A stretch of 64,000 bases of DNA from a virus. Lineage: Duplodnaviria; Heunggongvirae; Uroviricota; Caudoviricetes. The stretch covers positions 96,001 through 160,000 of IMG/VR virus record IMGVR_UViG_3300029288_000055, one strand, 5' to 3'. Positions 39,101 to 48,852 of the stretch are shown here, piece by piece. Made by a program: the position numbers and the translations under genes. Each line of letters begins with the position of its first letter. Positions within the stretch are counted from its first letter, which is position 1. The notes beneath the pieces are model-generated. The model was not told where the DNA came from. It worked only from the letters and a program-made list of their open reading frames with translations, and did no database searches.

Positions 39101-39496
39101 TATCGTAGGAAATGTTTGCTGTGCAAGATGTGAGGCTGAATTCATAGCAAATTGTTTGCCTAACATTACAAGACCAATTTCACTAAGTGGTGTACTATTT
39201 CCAGCAAGACTTGCAATTCTGCCAATTGCACTGTTTTTTAAATCAAAACCTTTAAACGGAGCAAGTGCAGAACCGATACTGCTAATAGCATTAACTACCT
39301 TTTGTATACTATTCGGATTAAGCGGATATTCAACATCAGGAGTATATAAATTTCTTGATTGTAGTATGTTTCTTAAATTATTAGAATCAACCAATAATCT
39401 TGAATTACCACCACTATCATTAACATTAATATTATTATTTGAAGTTGCTCCCGCAAATACAGTTTGTGGTTGTCTTCTGCTATTATTATCTGCCAT
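36143..39496 (-). CDS. Large baseplate/tail-associated protein with OmpA-like insert
   Basis: 1117 aa; IIGRNEPMYNY..SER and PICVLRVGDFF tube-like motifs; NKKLGERRAVAV. Confidence 0.55.
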   Translation of the reverse strand: MADNNSRRQPQTVFAGATSNNNINVNDSGGNSRLLVDSNNLRNILQSRNLYTPDVEYPLNPNSIQKVVNAISSIGSALAPFKGFDLKNSAIGRIASLAGNSTPLSEIGLVMLGKQFAMNSASHLAQQTFPTIKLANLFDGSKDTKLFTNNINFSITVKKQTSFQNFIDNLIYNYPNRDYPFTKNPTNADFIKNTGTGQLTFLYSAINQNIYKQNDTTLTQYSVIARSPIQPRSNIVSNKTYFNFNSAKEYPYLTNHPSGSAAVESDNQMVVAYDSTSTNTQEYAPDADFINNNFGNTLAKSTEKTGDLLGFSDDQSINSWIDNNTEFSNDNQLNKVVWGRDGTTPETEDKLTQLRGVSEPEVLNNLQSQNLKAGFKIRTGLLEYTRNLINATEGKIGDITRKAFTDGDKLVGFNGSALWRAPSTALPDFAGRKGIRQHSVLDQYGKFTKAIRFNGNQVYGGNKDSVLYKSVLPRIHPTLDKDGKPDPKNLMFSIENLAVRVLSKSTYGIIDDEYGSPIPACEVGPFNGRIMWFPPYNLEIQETGVAKFEPTSIIGRNEPMYNYMNSERGATLSFTLLIDYPQQLKNFANTTGKQKEIAEFFAFGGQPFIDKFVSIENYEFKIAKLTNDIEIIKGKTNPAEPNNIQPVDIDVVFPNDVPAVNDNLNTIIDDLYKKYTYEIIDGLPSSDITSWGLNAGAYFKTGIIDLGFIDGAQKYALDTNTPSQYTATGLTDQFGINILNNALFNIFNDENNRPYYSVYIHGAASKLFTPTIETDVVAGSNYNKKLGERRAVAVQNLIKKKLATMFGSSVANGIEVIWDLVLGESTGDVEATDTNATIARIPAKETKQERHAFIEIRKNDKAQPPKKAELSPTDEQNIIKLQAEIEAAKVQLQKIKNSQSCVLNERGATTANGISDTGILHGFDSVSGNYFYPVFHSQTPEDFHKRLTFLHQCQRQGAAKSWNSVDNATGVNNITAKNSVFGRQPICVLRVGDFFYTKIIIENYTIDYSDTTWDMNPEGFGMQPMMAKVTLQIKIIGGQSLKGPIDALQNAVTFNYYANSSFSNAGMYKLPSKQADLQESYIKEILTAEQQRLNKSYDERQVKAIIAAIINNGLLLH

Positions 39497-39560
39497 TAAT
39501 ACTTTTTTAAATAAATACTTGCAATATAAATTTAAAAAAGAATGAATTTGTTATGACAAA

Positions 39561-40127
39561 CTAAAAAGGTATATCAACGTAATTATCTTTATCAGCTTCA
39601 AAATAAATTTTAATATTCAGATTTTTTTGTTTTAAACGCTCCCACTCAATGTATATAAATTTGGCATTTGATTCATTTTCACCAAATTCTTCACGATGTA
39701 TTCTATAATATTCAAACAGATCAACTGTTTTTATTATTGCAATACTATATAACTTAAGGTCTATTGAATTGTCAAAATACGCTTGTAAAGTAAATTCAGG
39801 ATAAAGATATCCATGTTCAATTGCATAAAGTCTTTTTTCTAACTCGGTAGTATTACCCGATTCTCTTTCAGTTCTTATAGTAAACGTATTACATTTATAT
39901 ACAAATTGTACTCTTGATGCAATACCTTGCAATCCGTGTTCATCTTCTCGAAAATAATCAATGCCTGACTTTACGTCAAGCATTTTTTTTAATTCATCTT
40001 TTTCTGATTCAACTTCAATAATATTACCAGCTATTAATCTTGGAATAACAGTATATTCAATACTTCTAATTGCTCTGACACTATCTGTAATTTCTTTTTC
40101 TACCTTTTCTTGTAAATCCTTATACAT
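39561..40127 (-). CDS. Hypothetical protein (possible nuclease) coupled to methylase
   Basis: 188 aa, overlaps upstream methylase stop. Confidence 0.6.
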   Translation of the reverse strand: MYKDLQEKVEKEITDSVRAIRSIEYTVIPRLIAGNIIEVESEKDELKKMLDVKSGIDYFREDEHGLQGIASRVQFVYKCNTFTIRTERESGNTTELEKRLYAIEHGYLYPEFTLQAYFDNSIDLKLYSIAIIKTVDLFEYYRIHREEFGENESNAKFIYIEWERLKQKNLNIKIYFEADKDNYVDIPF

Positions 40128-41679
40128 TATCCTCTTCAGCTAATTTTTCAGTTTTTGTTTTTCTCTCAACTAATATACATCCTCTACTAATAGCAATATC
40201 AAGATTTTCTTGATCGTTGTCACAACCTTTACCAATTCTTCCTAACGTATTGGCTGCAATTATAAAACTACCTGTGCATGTGAATGGGTCAACTACAAGA
40301 TTATTAAGTTTTGATGTGTGTCTGATCAATCTCATTGATAAATCATCGGACTTCTGCCATTCATGTAATCTGTTACCAATACGACCATCAGGTGCATTAT
40401 CTTCCTGTACAGAAAACATTTCACTTGTAATAGATATATCAAGTTCGGGAGAATTGTCACTATATAAGTGCCATATCATTTGATAATTAAGATTATATTT
40501 CATTTTGGGTGTAACACCAAGAGTATTTTTATATGTCCAGATTAAAGGATTATCAACCTTAAATTTGGTCTGTTTTAATAATACATTTAAAAATGCTTGA
40601 ATTTCTTCTGGATATGAACCACTAAATACAAGCATCCTGCCAGATTGTTTGGTTTTCTGAATTGCCAGTGTAAGCCATTTTTCTGTAAACTCACCAATGT
40701 TTGAAATGTCTGTTGAATATGGGGGGTCAGTAAAAAGTAAATCAATTGAGTCATCTTCAAAACTGTTAAGAAAATCGTTGGCATCCATTAAACTTACTTC
40801 AGGTGCGTCAACCATTATTTTTTTGGCTTGTTCAATATAAATTTCTTTTTTCTTTTCAAGTTGTTTAGTTTTTTTATTCTTTTTTATTTCTCTGAGAGTT
40901 TCATTAAGTATTTTTTTACCTGCTCTTAATTCATCTACTGTTTTATCATTGGTTTCATTTTTTATTATTTCAATTGCTTTTTTAGCTTTTTCCAAAGTTT
41001 TTTTATCAGTATTTTTATCAACTAATAAAGATGCTTGACTAATTTTAAGCGAACCAATTTTTGTAGCATTTATTATAATTTCTTCACCACTATCATCAAT
41101 TTTTTTAATATCACTAATTAAGGTATATGAAATACCAGCTTTTTTGGCAAGTTCATCACGGGAATCTCTTGTTACTGTTTTAATATCACCTTTAATTTCC
41201 CCTTCTTCTTCATTAGGTGAAAAAATGGTAACCAATTTGGTACGGTCCGCAGATATTTGCGGACCTCTATCAGGTATTTGAGTCTTTATTTCCTTTTGTT
41301 TTTCTGTAAACCTTTTTTGTTCAATATCTTTAAGAATATTAGCTAAGTGTCCTCTTTCATAAGAATTAATATTTCTTCTACCAAATTGATTAAGAATTAT
41401 CCATTCCTTGGCATATTCAATATTTTCAAATTCTTTTTGAATTGTATTAAATGAAATATTATGTTTGGTACATATTTCATATCTGTTATGTCCATCTACA
41501 ATTGTTTTATTCCAAAGTATAATTGAATCTCTACAACCATCATCAATTATACTTTGTTCAAGAAGTTGATATTCTTCTGAAGATAAAGGATAAATTAATT
41601 TTTTTAATTCAAGATTTATTTCGATTATTGCCATATCAATTGAATTTTCGTTTTCTATTGGATTTACATTTTCACTCAT
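40120..41679 (-). CDS. ParB-like N-terminal domain fused to N4/N6 DNA methyltransferase
   Basis: IVDGHNRYEIC...NQFGRRN; TDPPY; H..QK; DPFTCTGS; promoter TTG-N20-TATTTTTG at 41727-41757. Confidence 0.8.
   Translation of the reverse strand: MSENVNPIENENSIDMAIIEINLELKKLIYPLSSEEYQLLEQSIIDDGCRDSIILWNKTIVDGHNRYEICTKHNISFNTIQKEFENIEYAKEWIILNQFGRRNINSYERGHLANILKDIEQKRFTEKQKEIKTQIPDRGPQISADRTKLVTIFSPNEEEGEIKGDIKTVTRDSRDELAKKAGISYTLISDIKKIDDSGEEIIINATKIGSLKISQASLLVDKNTDKKTLEKAKKAIEIIKNETNDKTVDELRAGKKILNETLREIKKNKKTKQLEKKKEIYIEQAKKIMVDAPEVSLMDANDFLNSFEDDSIDLLFTDPPYSTDISNIGEFTEKWLTLAIQKTKQSGRMLVFSGSYPEEIQAFLNVLLKQTKFKVDNPLIWTYKNTLGVTPKMKYNLNYQMIWHLYSDNSPELDISITSEMFSVQEDNAPDGRIGNRLHEWQKSDDLSMRLIRHTSKLNNLVVDPFTCTGSFIIAANTLGRIGKGCDNDQENLDIAISRGCILVERKTKTEKLAEEDNV
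41244..41265. repeat. Palindrome copy 2 (GGTCCGCAGATATTTGCGGACC) inside ParB-methylase CDS
   Basis: 21/22 match to core. Confidence 0.85.
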
Positions 41680-42086
41680 GTTAATTGAATTTTAATATTT
41701 TTTTAATTAAAATTTTATTTGAGTGGCAAAAATATACATAATAAAATTAATATCCAATTATTTTTAATTTTTTATTAAAAGTCCTTTGAAATCAAGATAT
41801 TAATTATTATCTTTGAATTATGATTCAAAATTTGAAAAAATTTGGAAATTCTTATCCTGTGTTACAAATTTTGATTAAATTCGCAGAAGTTAAACACAAA
41901 TGTTGTAATCTTTGTTATCGATTTGCAAAATTGATGAAGAGTTTGAGTGATATTGATTCTCTGTCCGCCTGTGGACAGTCCGCTTGAGTTTTAACGAAAA
42001 ACTCGTCAAAATTACAAAAAATAAATGACATTTCCAAGAGTTTTTAAGTAAATTAGTATTTATTTTAAAAATAATTTAATTATTAA

Positions 42087-42674
42087 ATGAAATTAAATAC
42101 AAATAAATTTGCTAAATTATGTAATGTAAGTACTGGTACTATTAGATATTGGGCGAGAAAGAATAAATTAAATTTTGAATATACTAAAGGAGGTCAAAGA
42201 AGATTTGATGAATCTGAAGTTATAAATTTTTTAAATAAAAGTAAAAGAAATACTATTTTTGTAATTGAAGATTTAAAACTGTATAATACATCAACTCCTG
42301 AATATCATAAAGCATGGAGAAATAATAAAAATAAATGCAGAGCATATTCAAGAAATCGTAATCATAAAAATCTTGAATTATCTGCAATTAAGTGGATGCG
42401 AAATTTTTTATATAGAACAGAAAAACAAGGTTTTAATAAAACTAAATTAAATACTATTACTGAATTTGGATATACACCAAAACAATTAATTAATAGAATT
42501 GAATATCAATTTAAAAATGGTATGTCATGGAATAACCGTAAAGAATGGCATATAGATCATAAAAAACCAATTTCTAAATTTACTAAAGAAACTTCTCCAA
42601 GAATTATTAATATGCTTTGTAATTTACAACCCATATGGGCAACTGAAAATTTATCTAAAAATAATAAATTTTAA
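42087..42674 (+). CDS. MerR-type HTH + HNH-like endonuclease
   Basis: VSTGTIRYW..TKGGQRRF; WHIDHKKP...NLQPIWATENLSK. Confidence 0.75.
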   Translation: MKLNTNKFAKLCNVSTGTIRYWARKNKLNFEYTKGGQRRFDESEVINFLNKSKRNTIFVIEDLKLYNTSTPEYHKAWRNNKNKCRAYSRNRNHKNLELSAIKWMRNFLYRTEKQGFNKTKLNTITEFGYTPKQLINRIEYQFKNGMSWNNRKEWHIDHKKPISKFTKETSPRIINMLCNLQPIWATENLSKNNKF

Positions 42675-42676
42675 TT

Positions 42677-42720
42677 AACATAATAAAGGTCCGCAAATAT
42701 TTGCGGACCTTTATTATGTT
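42677..42720. repeat. 44-bp perfect palindrome (copy 3) between convergent genes
   Basis: aacataataaaggtccgcaaat|atttgcggacctttattatgtt. Confidence 0.9.
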
Positions 42721-45242
42721 TGATTAACGCTTTGAGTACGTAGTTCTTCCTGATGTATTACAGCAAGTTTATTATTAAATACTTTCTGCATAAATTTTTG
42801 ACCATCAATATTTAAAGTAATATCATTTGCAAGTTGTATATTCTTATCAGCAAATTGAACTTTCAATGGAGTTTTCAATAATGCAGCTAATTGAGCAAAT
42901 ACATTTCCACCATTTGTATTCATATTTGAAATAGCATTAACTGCATTTTCAACAGCAAGAAAGTCATCTTTACTTCCATGCATAACTGTATTAATTTCTT
43001 GAAATGCTGTACCAACTTTTTCAAGTTCAGGAGCATGCTTACTAATTTTATTTAAAGTTGCACTAAATGCAATTAAACCTAAACTGCCAACAGTAAACAT
43101 TGCCATACCTGCTGCCATTGATGCAATACCACCACCCAACATTAACATATCTTTACCAGAACCTTTAGCAGCAGTAGCTAATTTAGCAAGTCCCATACCC
43201 ATTAATCCAATACCTGCAGCAGCAGCACCAATACCCACACCAACTAATGCAACTGCACCACCAAATGCAAGTAATCCAACTGATGCTACTGTTGATGCAC
43301 CACCAAATACCATTATAGCAGCAGCAGCAGCAGCACCACCAATAACAAACCAACCAAGGGATTTAACAACACTTGATAAAGTTTTTGCTTGTTCAGGAGT
43401 TAATTTACTCATTGCATTTGCCAATAATGAAATGCCTGTAGCTGCAGCACCTATACCAGCACCTACACCTAATGCAGCAGCACCAAGTCCAGCACCTATA
43501 CCAGCACCAGCTTTTCCAAGACCTGTCATTTTAGCACCTTGACCTTCCAATAATCTTTTACCAGCAAGACCACTCATACCTTTTGTACCTGTTCTTGCTG
43601 CAATAGTTTCAGTTTCTCTTGCTGCAGTTTTACCAAATCCACCACCTAAACCACCGCCCATTGCACGATCTACTCTACCCTTTATGAAATTTTCAGCAGC
43701 ACGATTAAGTCCCATTGAAATACCTTTCCATATACCAGCAGCAGTAAGAAGAATTCCAGCAGCACCTGCCATTCCACCCCAGCCTTTCATAGCAAGGTCT
43801 GCAAGTGGTTTAAGTGTAATATTTAATACTTTATTAATTGTATTTAATAAAGGTAATAATGATGCTTTTAATATTTCTATTGTTGCTTTAAATGTTTGAT
43901 CAAATGTCATTGCTTGTTCTGCACGATCTTTAAGAGTTTTTTGTTCTTGTTCAAATGATTTTGCTTGTGTTATAGTTAAACTACTAATATCTTTCATACT
44001 ACCAGCAAGTTCAACCTGAAATTTACCTGATTTTGCATTAAAAATAGCAGCACCTTGTACAAGTTCTTTTTCACGATCACTTAAACCAGTACCTGCTAAT
44101 TCTTTATTCATTTTATCAAGATCAGCACGTCTTTGTGTTATTTTAATCATTTCTTCATTTGAAATACCTAAAGATTTTGCAACACTTTCAAGTCTTTGAC
44201 GATCTGCAGGACTAATAAACTTTTCAAATACACCTTCACTATTTTTCTTAAATGTAACTAAACCTCTGGTCATTTCAGAAATTTTTGTAGTAAGTTTTTC
44301 AGGTTCATTACGAGCCAAATACATCCATTCAAATGGGTCAGTTTTTGCAAATTCTCCACCCATTACTTGCAAATTTGCAGCAAGATCAATTGCTTTTTCC
44401 AATCCTTTTGCAGCATCGGCTGCACTAAGTGCATCTTGCATACTAACTTGCATTTTTTCGGCATCCATTGCCATTTTAGCCATACCTTTAACACCAGCAG
44501 TAAAACTATATGTATTTAATTTCTTGAAATTATCGGATATATTTTTTAATACTTTGGTTGTATTAACACCCATTCTTTCACTGGTATCAACAACACCCTG
44601 AACATAATCCATGCTTCTTTTAGCATCAAGACCCATAAATTCAAATTGTGCTCCAAGTTTTGTTGCTTGTTCAACACCCAAACCAGTACCTTTACCAATT
44701 AAGATAATATCTTCAACCATACTTGCAGTCATTGCACGTGCCCTGCCAGTTTCATCAGCAAAACCTTGTTGAATTAATTGTATATCAGAAAGAGTTCCAC
44801 CAAGTCTTGCAGCAAATTTTGCTGAATCTTCAAAAGAAGTTCGCATTGCTGTAGCCTTTGCGCCAGACATTCCAAGACTAAGAATAGTACTTTTAATTGT
44901 TTTATCTTGTTCTTGTAAATATTTCCAACCTTCTTTTATTGCATTACCTACGCCTTTTGCAAGTCCAACAATTGCTTCTCTACTTTTTCTTTCCTTATCT
45001 AATTGGTCATTAATTTTTTTCTGATTTGCAATTTCTTTTTCTTGTTCAGTAACCAGTTCTTTTAAATAATTTTTTTGTTCATTACTTAATTTAGCCGAAT
45101 TGGATAATAATTCATTGATAATCTTTTGTCTTTCAGAAATAAGAGACTGATTTTGACTTCTTTGACTATCTAAACCATTAAGTTCCTTTACTAATTCAAG
45201 TGTTGATTTGTATTCTTCAACTGTTTTATTTTTTATTGCCAT
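42714..45242 (-). CDS. Tape measure protein
   Basis: 842 aa helical, Ala/Gly-rich hydrophobic C-terminal part, downstream of chaperone pair. Confidence 0.75.
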   Translation of the reverse strand: MAIKNKTVEEYKSTLELVKELNGLDSQRSQNQSLISERQKIINELLSNSAKLSNEQKNYLKELVTEQEKEIANQKKINDQLDKERKSREAIVGLAKGVGNAIKEGWKYLQEQDKTIKSTILSLGMSGAKATAMRTSFEDSAKFAARLGGTLSDIQLIQQGFADETGRARAMTASMVEDIILIGKGTGLGVEQATKLGAQFEFMGLDAKRSMDYVQGVVDTSERMGVNTTKVLKNISDNFKKLNTYSFTAGVKGMAKMAMDAEKMQVSMQDALSAADAAKGLEKAIDLAANLQVMGGEFAKTDPFEWMYLARNEPEKLTTKISEMTRGLVTFKKNSEGVFEKFISPADRQRLESVAKSLGISNEEMIKITQRRADLDKMNKELAGTGLSDREKELVQGAAIFNAKSGKFQVELAGSMKDISSLTITQAKSFEQEQKTLKDRAEQAMTFDQTFKATIEILKASLLPLLNTINKVLNITLKPLADLAMKGWGGMAGAAGILLTAAGIWKGISMGLNRAAENFIKGRVDRAMGGGLGGGFGKTAARETETIAARTGTKGMSGLAGKRLLEGQGAKMTGLGKAGAGIGAGLGAAALGVGAGIGAAATGISLLANAMSKLTPEQAKTLSSVVKSLGWFVIGGAAAAAAIMVFGGASTVASVGLLAFGGAVALVGVGIGAAAAGIGLMGMGLAKLATAAKGSGKDMLMLGGGIASMAAGMAMFTVGSLGLIAFSATLNKISKHAPELEKVGTAFQEINTVMHGSKDDFLAVENAVNAISNMNTNGGNVFAQLAALLKTPLKVQFADKNIQLANDITLNIDGQKFMQKVFNNKLAVIHQEELRTQSVNQT

Positions 45243-45285
45243 GAAATGTTAATATAGATATAAATACAAAAGACCGAGTTTTTTA

Positions 45286-45462
45286 TTATCTCGATCTTCT
45301 ATTATTTTTTCTTTGTGCTTCTTCTTGCAATTTTTCAATTTCTTCATTTTCTTTTTCCAGTAAATGCAAAAAATGTCGTCTACGATATACTGGAAGATTT
45401 TCGATATAATCTGCCTGAAACTTAGCGTGTTTGGTCAATATATATATCTCTTCATTAACCAT
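45286..45462 (-). CDS. Small tail-assembly chaperone ORF (probable frameshift extension)
   Basis: 58 aa MVNEEIYILTKH...ENLPVYRRRHFL; below ORF-track cutoff; frame open back to the T9 run. Confidence 0.65.
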   Translation of the reverse strand: MVNEEIYILTKHAKFQADYIENLPVYRRRHFLHLLEKENEEIEKLQEEAQRKNNRRSR

Positions 45463-45479
45463 TTTTTTATATTCACCCG

Positions 45480-46406
45480 CTAAGTGCTTGGGAAAAAAAA
45501 ATCTATGCCCACAGATAAATTAGCTCTAAATTTATATCCATCTTTAGCCATAAATTCATATGCCATATCAACATCAGGACTTACAGTCAATATTTTTTTA
45601 CGAATAGTATATGCATCCAATGCTGGCATTGCATCAACAAATTTATCAATATATGATCTATCAGTTTTATCATCAATAGAAATAATATGTGATTTTAATT
45701 TCATTGTACTATATTCACTAAATTCTTGACCATATGCTTCTTTAATTGCTTCTGCTTTTCTTTGAAGTATATTATCTTCACCAGAAGTAAGTAATCTGAT
45801 TGTAATTTTTTTCTTACGCATTGGTAATTCAACACTAAAATGACCAAATTCATCTGGTTCTTCAGCAACTTCTTTATATTGAAGTTTTAATAAATCTATT
45901 TTAGTTGTAAAAGGAATACCAGTCCTTGGGTCAGATACTTGTACTGTATAATCTGCACCATAACTTGAAGTACGTAAAAACAAGATGATTGCATTTCTAT
46001 CACCTTCAAGAAGGTCTTCAACAACAATACCTTGTGTTTTAATTTTTCGTTTTAGTAACATATTAATTACATTTCCACTATCAATTAATGAGGGTGTTGT
46101 TAACAGGTCTTCATCTCTTGAAGTCATGTATTCAACATTAACTTCTGATATACCATGTGAATAGAATTTACCTTTTGATGGAAATTTAACAATTTCATAA
46201 GATGTCATCAGATCAGGGTCTGTTTCTTTAGACATTGTTTTTTCAAATTCCTGTTGATTGAAATTTGTTCTTGGTGTCTGAGTTGGGATAGATGTACCAA
46301 CGGCAGGTTTGTTTTCATTAACAATACCATGTTGTTTTTTGTATTTTTCTAATGATGCAGCAATACTTTCTTTTGAAGGTGTATTCTTTTCTAATTCGTT
46401 TTCCAT
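45480..46406 (-). CDS. T4 gp26-like baseplate hub / tail assembly chaperone
   Basis: PSKG.FY, MT..DEDLL, DLLEGDRNAI..FLR..SYG, ends DFFFP. Confidence 0.7.
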   Translation of the reverse strand: MENELEKNTPSKESIAASLEKYKKQHGIVNENKPAVGTSIPTQTPRTNFNQQEFEKTMSKETDPDLMTSYEIVKFPSKGKFYSHGISEVNVEYMTSRDEDLLTTPSLIDSGNVINMLLKRKIKTQGIVVEDLLEGDRNAIILFLRTSSYGADYTVQVSDPRTGIPFTTKIDLLKLQYKEVAEEPDEFGHFSVELPMRKKKITIRLLTSGEDNILQRKAEAIKEAYGQEFSEYSTMKLKSHIISIDDKTDRSYIDKFVDAMPALDAYTIRKKILTVSPDVDMAYEFMAKDGYKFRANLSVGIDFFFPST

Positions 46407-46579
46407 AAAATTATAAATTTTTATACTTTATTATTGTTTTCGATAAATACTGCAAAAAAAATTTTTGAATTAATTCAAGATTTTTAAATAAAAACCGTAT
46501 TTGCATATGTAGTTAATAATTATTTAAATAAATAATGTTATATAAAGCAATACATTAAGTTAAAAATGAGTAGAGACAA

Positions 46580-46870
46580 ATGGAAGTAAAAATTTTAGTA
46601 ATATATGTCGGTATAGCAGGTGTCAGAAGTGAAGATATTGACAGTTATGTGCGAAAAGTAACTGAAAGGATTATGCCAACAACTTTTGAAGGTGAAATTA
46701 TTATTCTTCCAACACAAATGTTAGAAGCACCCGATACAAGAATAGAATGTATTAATCCTGTTTATATTACAGATACTGAATTAATTATCAAACATACTGA
46801 ATTAATAAAAAAATTACAAGAAGAGTTACAAATTCAACTTAAATTATTAAAAGAAAAAAACAATGAGTAA
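46580..46870 (+). CDS. Hypothetical protein
   Basis: 96 aa, first of plus-strand operon. Confidence 0.6.
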   Translation: MEVKILVIYVGIAGVRSEDIDSYVRKVTERIMPTTFEGEIIILPTQMLEAPDTRIECINPVYITDTELIIKHTELIKKLQEELQIQLKLLKEKNNE

Positions 46871-47603
46871 AAAATTAATGATAGGAATTGATGTTGATGA
46901 AGTCCTAAGAGCAAAATGGTTTCAATTTGATAAACATTACATAGAAGAATTTGGTGAAGAAGGAACACCTAAAGGAAATCCATATGTATATGATTATTTC
47001 AATGCATATAAATTTGAAGACACTGTTGAAGTTGAAAAAGAATTAAAAGAACCTGAAGATATACCACAAGATATTAATCCACTGGATTATCAAGTGGATA
47101 AAAAACTTGGTGAACCACCCGCAGATATCTTTTTATTTAAAGCACCTGTTAAAACTAAATTAACCTCAAAAGAAGTTTATAATCGTTTTGTTAATCAGGA
47201 TTTTCTTTTTGAAATATTTGCTGCTGCACCAATGATGTACAGAAATATGGATGTATATGTAAATAAATTTCTTGAACAGTATCAGAATTTTACAAATTTT
47301 ACTGTAATATCTATTGAAAATAAATTTACAATACCACCAACACTTTTTTTCCTAAGTAAAATATCAATGAGATTCAAAAATTATCATTTTGTTGACAAAG
47401 CAATTGATGTATGGAATCATGTGGATGTATTAATAACAACCAATCCTGAAATTCTTAAAGGGGGTGCTCCTTGGGGCAAAAAATTAATTAAAATAACAAG
47501 ACCTTATAATGAAAACATAAAAGTAGGGTCAATTGAAGTAAAACAAGTTGCCGATTTAATTGACAACAAAAAATTCGAAAAAATAATTAAATATAAAAAA
47601 TAA
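46863..47603 (+). CDS. HAD 5'(3')-nucleotidase-like protein
   Basis: IGIDVDEVL, RPYN. Confidence 0.6.
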   Translation: MSKKLMIGIDVDEVLRAKWFQFDKHYIEEFGEEGTPKGNPYVYDYFNAYKFEDTVEVEKELKEPEDIPQDINPLDYQVDKKLGEPPADIFLFKAPVKTKLTSKEVYNRFVNQDFLFEIFAAAPMMYRNMDVYVNKFLEQYQNFTNFTVISIENKFTIPPTLFFLSKISMRFKNYHFVDKAIDVWNHVDVLITTNPEILKGGAPWGKKLIKITRPYNENIKVGSIEVKQVADLIDNKKFEKIIKYKK

Positions 47604-47608
47604 GTAAA

Positions 47609-48829
47609 ATGAGTGAAGAATTATTAGTTAACGAAGCACAAAAAGCTGAATTAGAAAAAATAGAAAAGATTAAAGTATCTTTAGCTAAGATTACAAACAA
47701 AAAATCAAAATTTTTGTTTTGTGTACCAGAATCACAAACTCCTACTGCATCAGTATATGAAATTTATTTTCATGCTACTGTTGTAAAAAATATGGGATAT
47801 GAAGTAATTGTTCTTGTAGAAAAAGGTGACTATGTTGTACCTACATGGATTGAAAAAGAACTTACCAATCATAAACACATATCAATGGCAGACCCAAAAC
47901 TTACTGTCGGTCCTGAAGACGTAATGGTTATTCCTGACATTTATTCAAACGTTATGGAACAAACCAAAAACTTACCTTGTGTAAGAATTGGCTTATTACA
48001 ATCGGCTGATTATATGACCAGTGCATTAATACCGGGTACTGATTGGACTGCTTTTAATATTCATGATGTCATCACTACATCACAAACACTTAAAGAATGG
48101 CTTGAAACTTTCTATGGTAAGGGCAAATATAATATTAAGACATATAATATTGGTATACCTGATTATTTTGAAAAAACTGATTTTCCTCAAAAGCCAATAA
48201 TTTCTATTATGGGAAGAAATGCAAATGAGATCAGTAAACTTGTAAAATTGTTTTTTGCTAAATATCCTCAATATTCTTGGGTAACTTTTGACCCTATGTT
48301 AACAAAAAGCAAACCACCACAAGCAATGCGTAGAGTTGATTTTGCAAAAAGACTTCAAGGTAATTTTGCAGCAGTATGGATTGACAGAATTTCATCATTT
48401 GGTACTTTTCCACTTGAATGTATGAAAGCTGGTGTTATTCCAATTTGCTTAAAACCAGATATTATGCCAGAATACATGCTTGAAAGAGATGAAAATGGTG
48501 TTGCAACAAAAGTTGTTGAAGGTGCTGGAGTATGGACAGAAAATTTCTATGATATTCCAGTATTAATTGGTGAAGTACTTGTTAAATTTCTTGATGATGC
48601 AATTACTCCTGAATTATATGAAACAATGAGTAATGTTGCAAATAAATACAGTCAGGAAGCAAGTGAAAAGAGATTGGTTGAAATTTACACCGATGTTCTT
48701 AACCAGAGAGTTGCACTTCTAAGCGCAGCAATCAATCCTCCACAGCCAGTAGTGCCAACAATACCATATGAAACACCAACACAGACTGTTGATATATTAT
48801 TACCACCAGTAACTGAAGAACAAAACTAA
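47609..48829 (+). CDS. GT-B (GT4-like) glycosyltransferase
   Basis: SSFGTFPLECMKAG resembles E.FG.P.LEAM..G. Confidence 0.6.
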   Translation: MSEELLVNEAQKAELEKIEKIKVSLAKITNKKSKFLFCVPESQTPTASVYEIYFHATVVKNMGYEVIVLVEKGDYVVPTWIEKELTNHKHISMADPKLTVGPEDVMVIPDIYSNVMEQTKNLPCVRIGLLQSADYMTSALIPGTDWTAFNIHDVITTSQTLKEWLETFYGKGKYNIKTYNIGIPDYFEKTDFPQKPIISIMGRNANEISKLVKLFFAKYPQYSWVTFDPMLTKSKPPQAMRRVDFAKRLQGNFAAVWIDRISSFGTFPLECMKAGVIPICLKPDIMPEYMLERDENGVATKVVEGAGVWTENFYDIPVLIGEVLVKFLDDAITPELYETMSNVANKYSQEASEKRLVEIYTDVLNQRVALLSAAINPPQPVVPTIPYETPTQTVDILLPPVTEEQN

Positions 48830-48852
48830 TTTTAAAATAAAAAATTTATACA

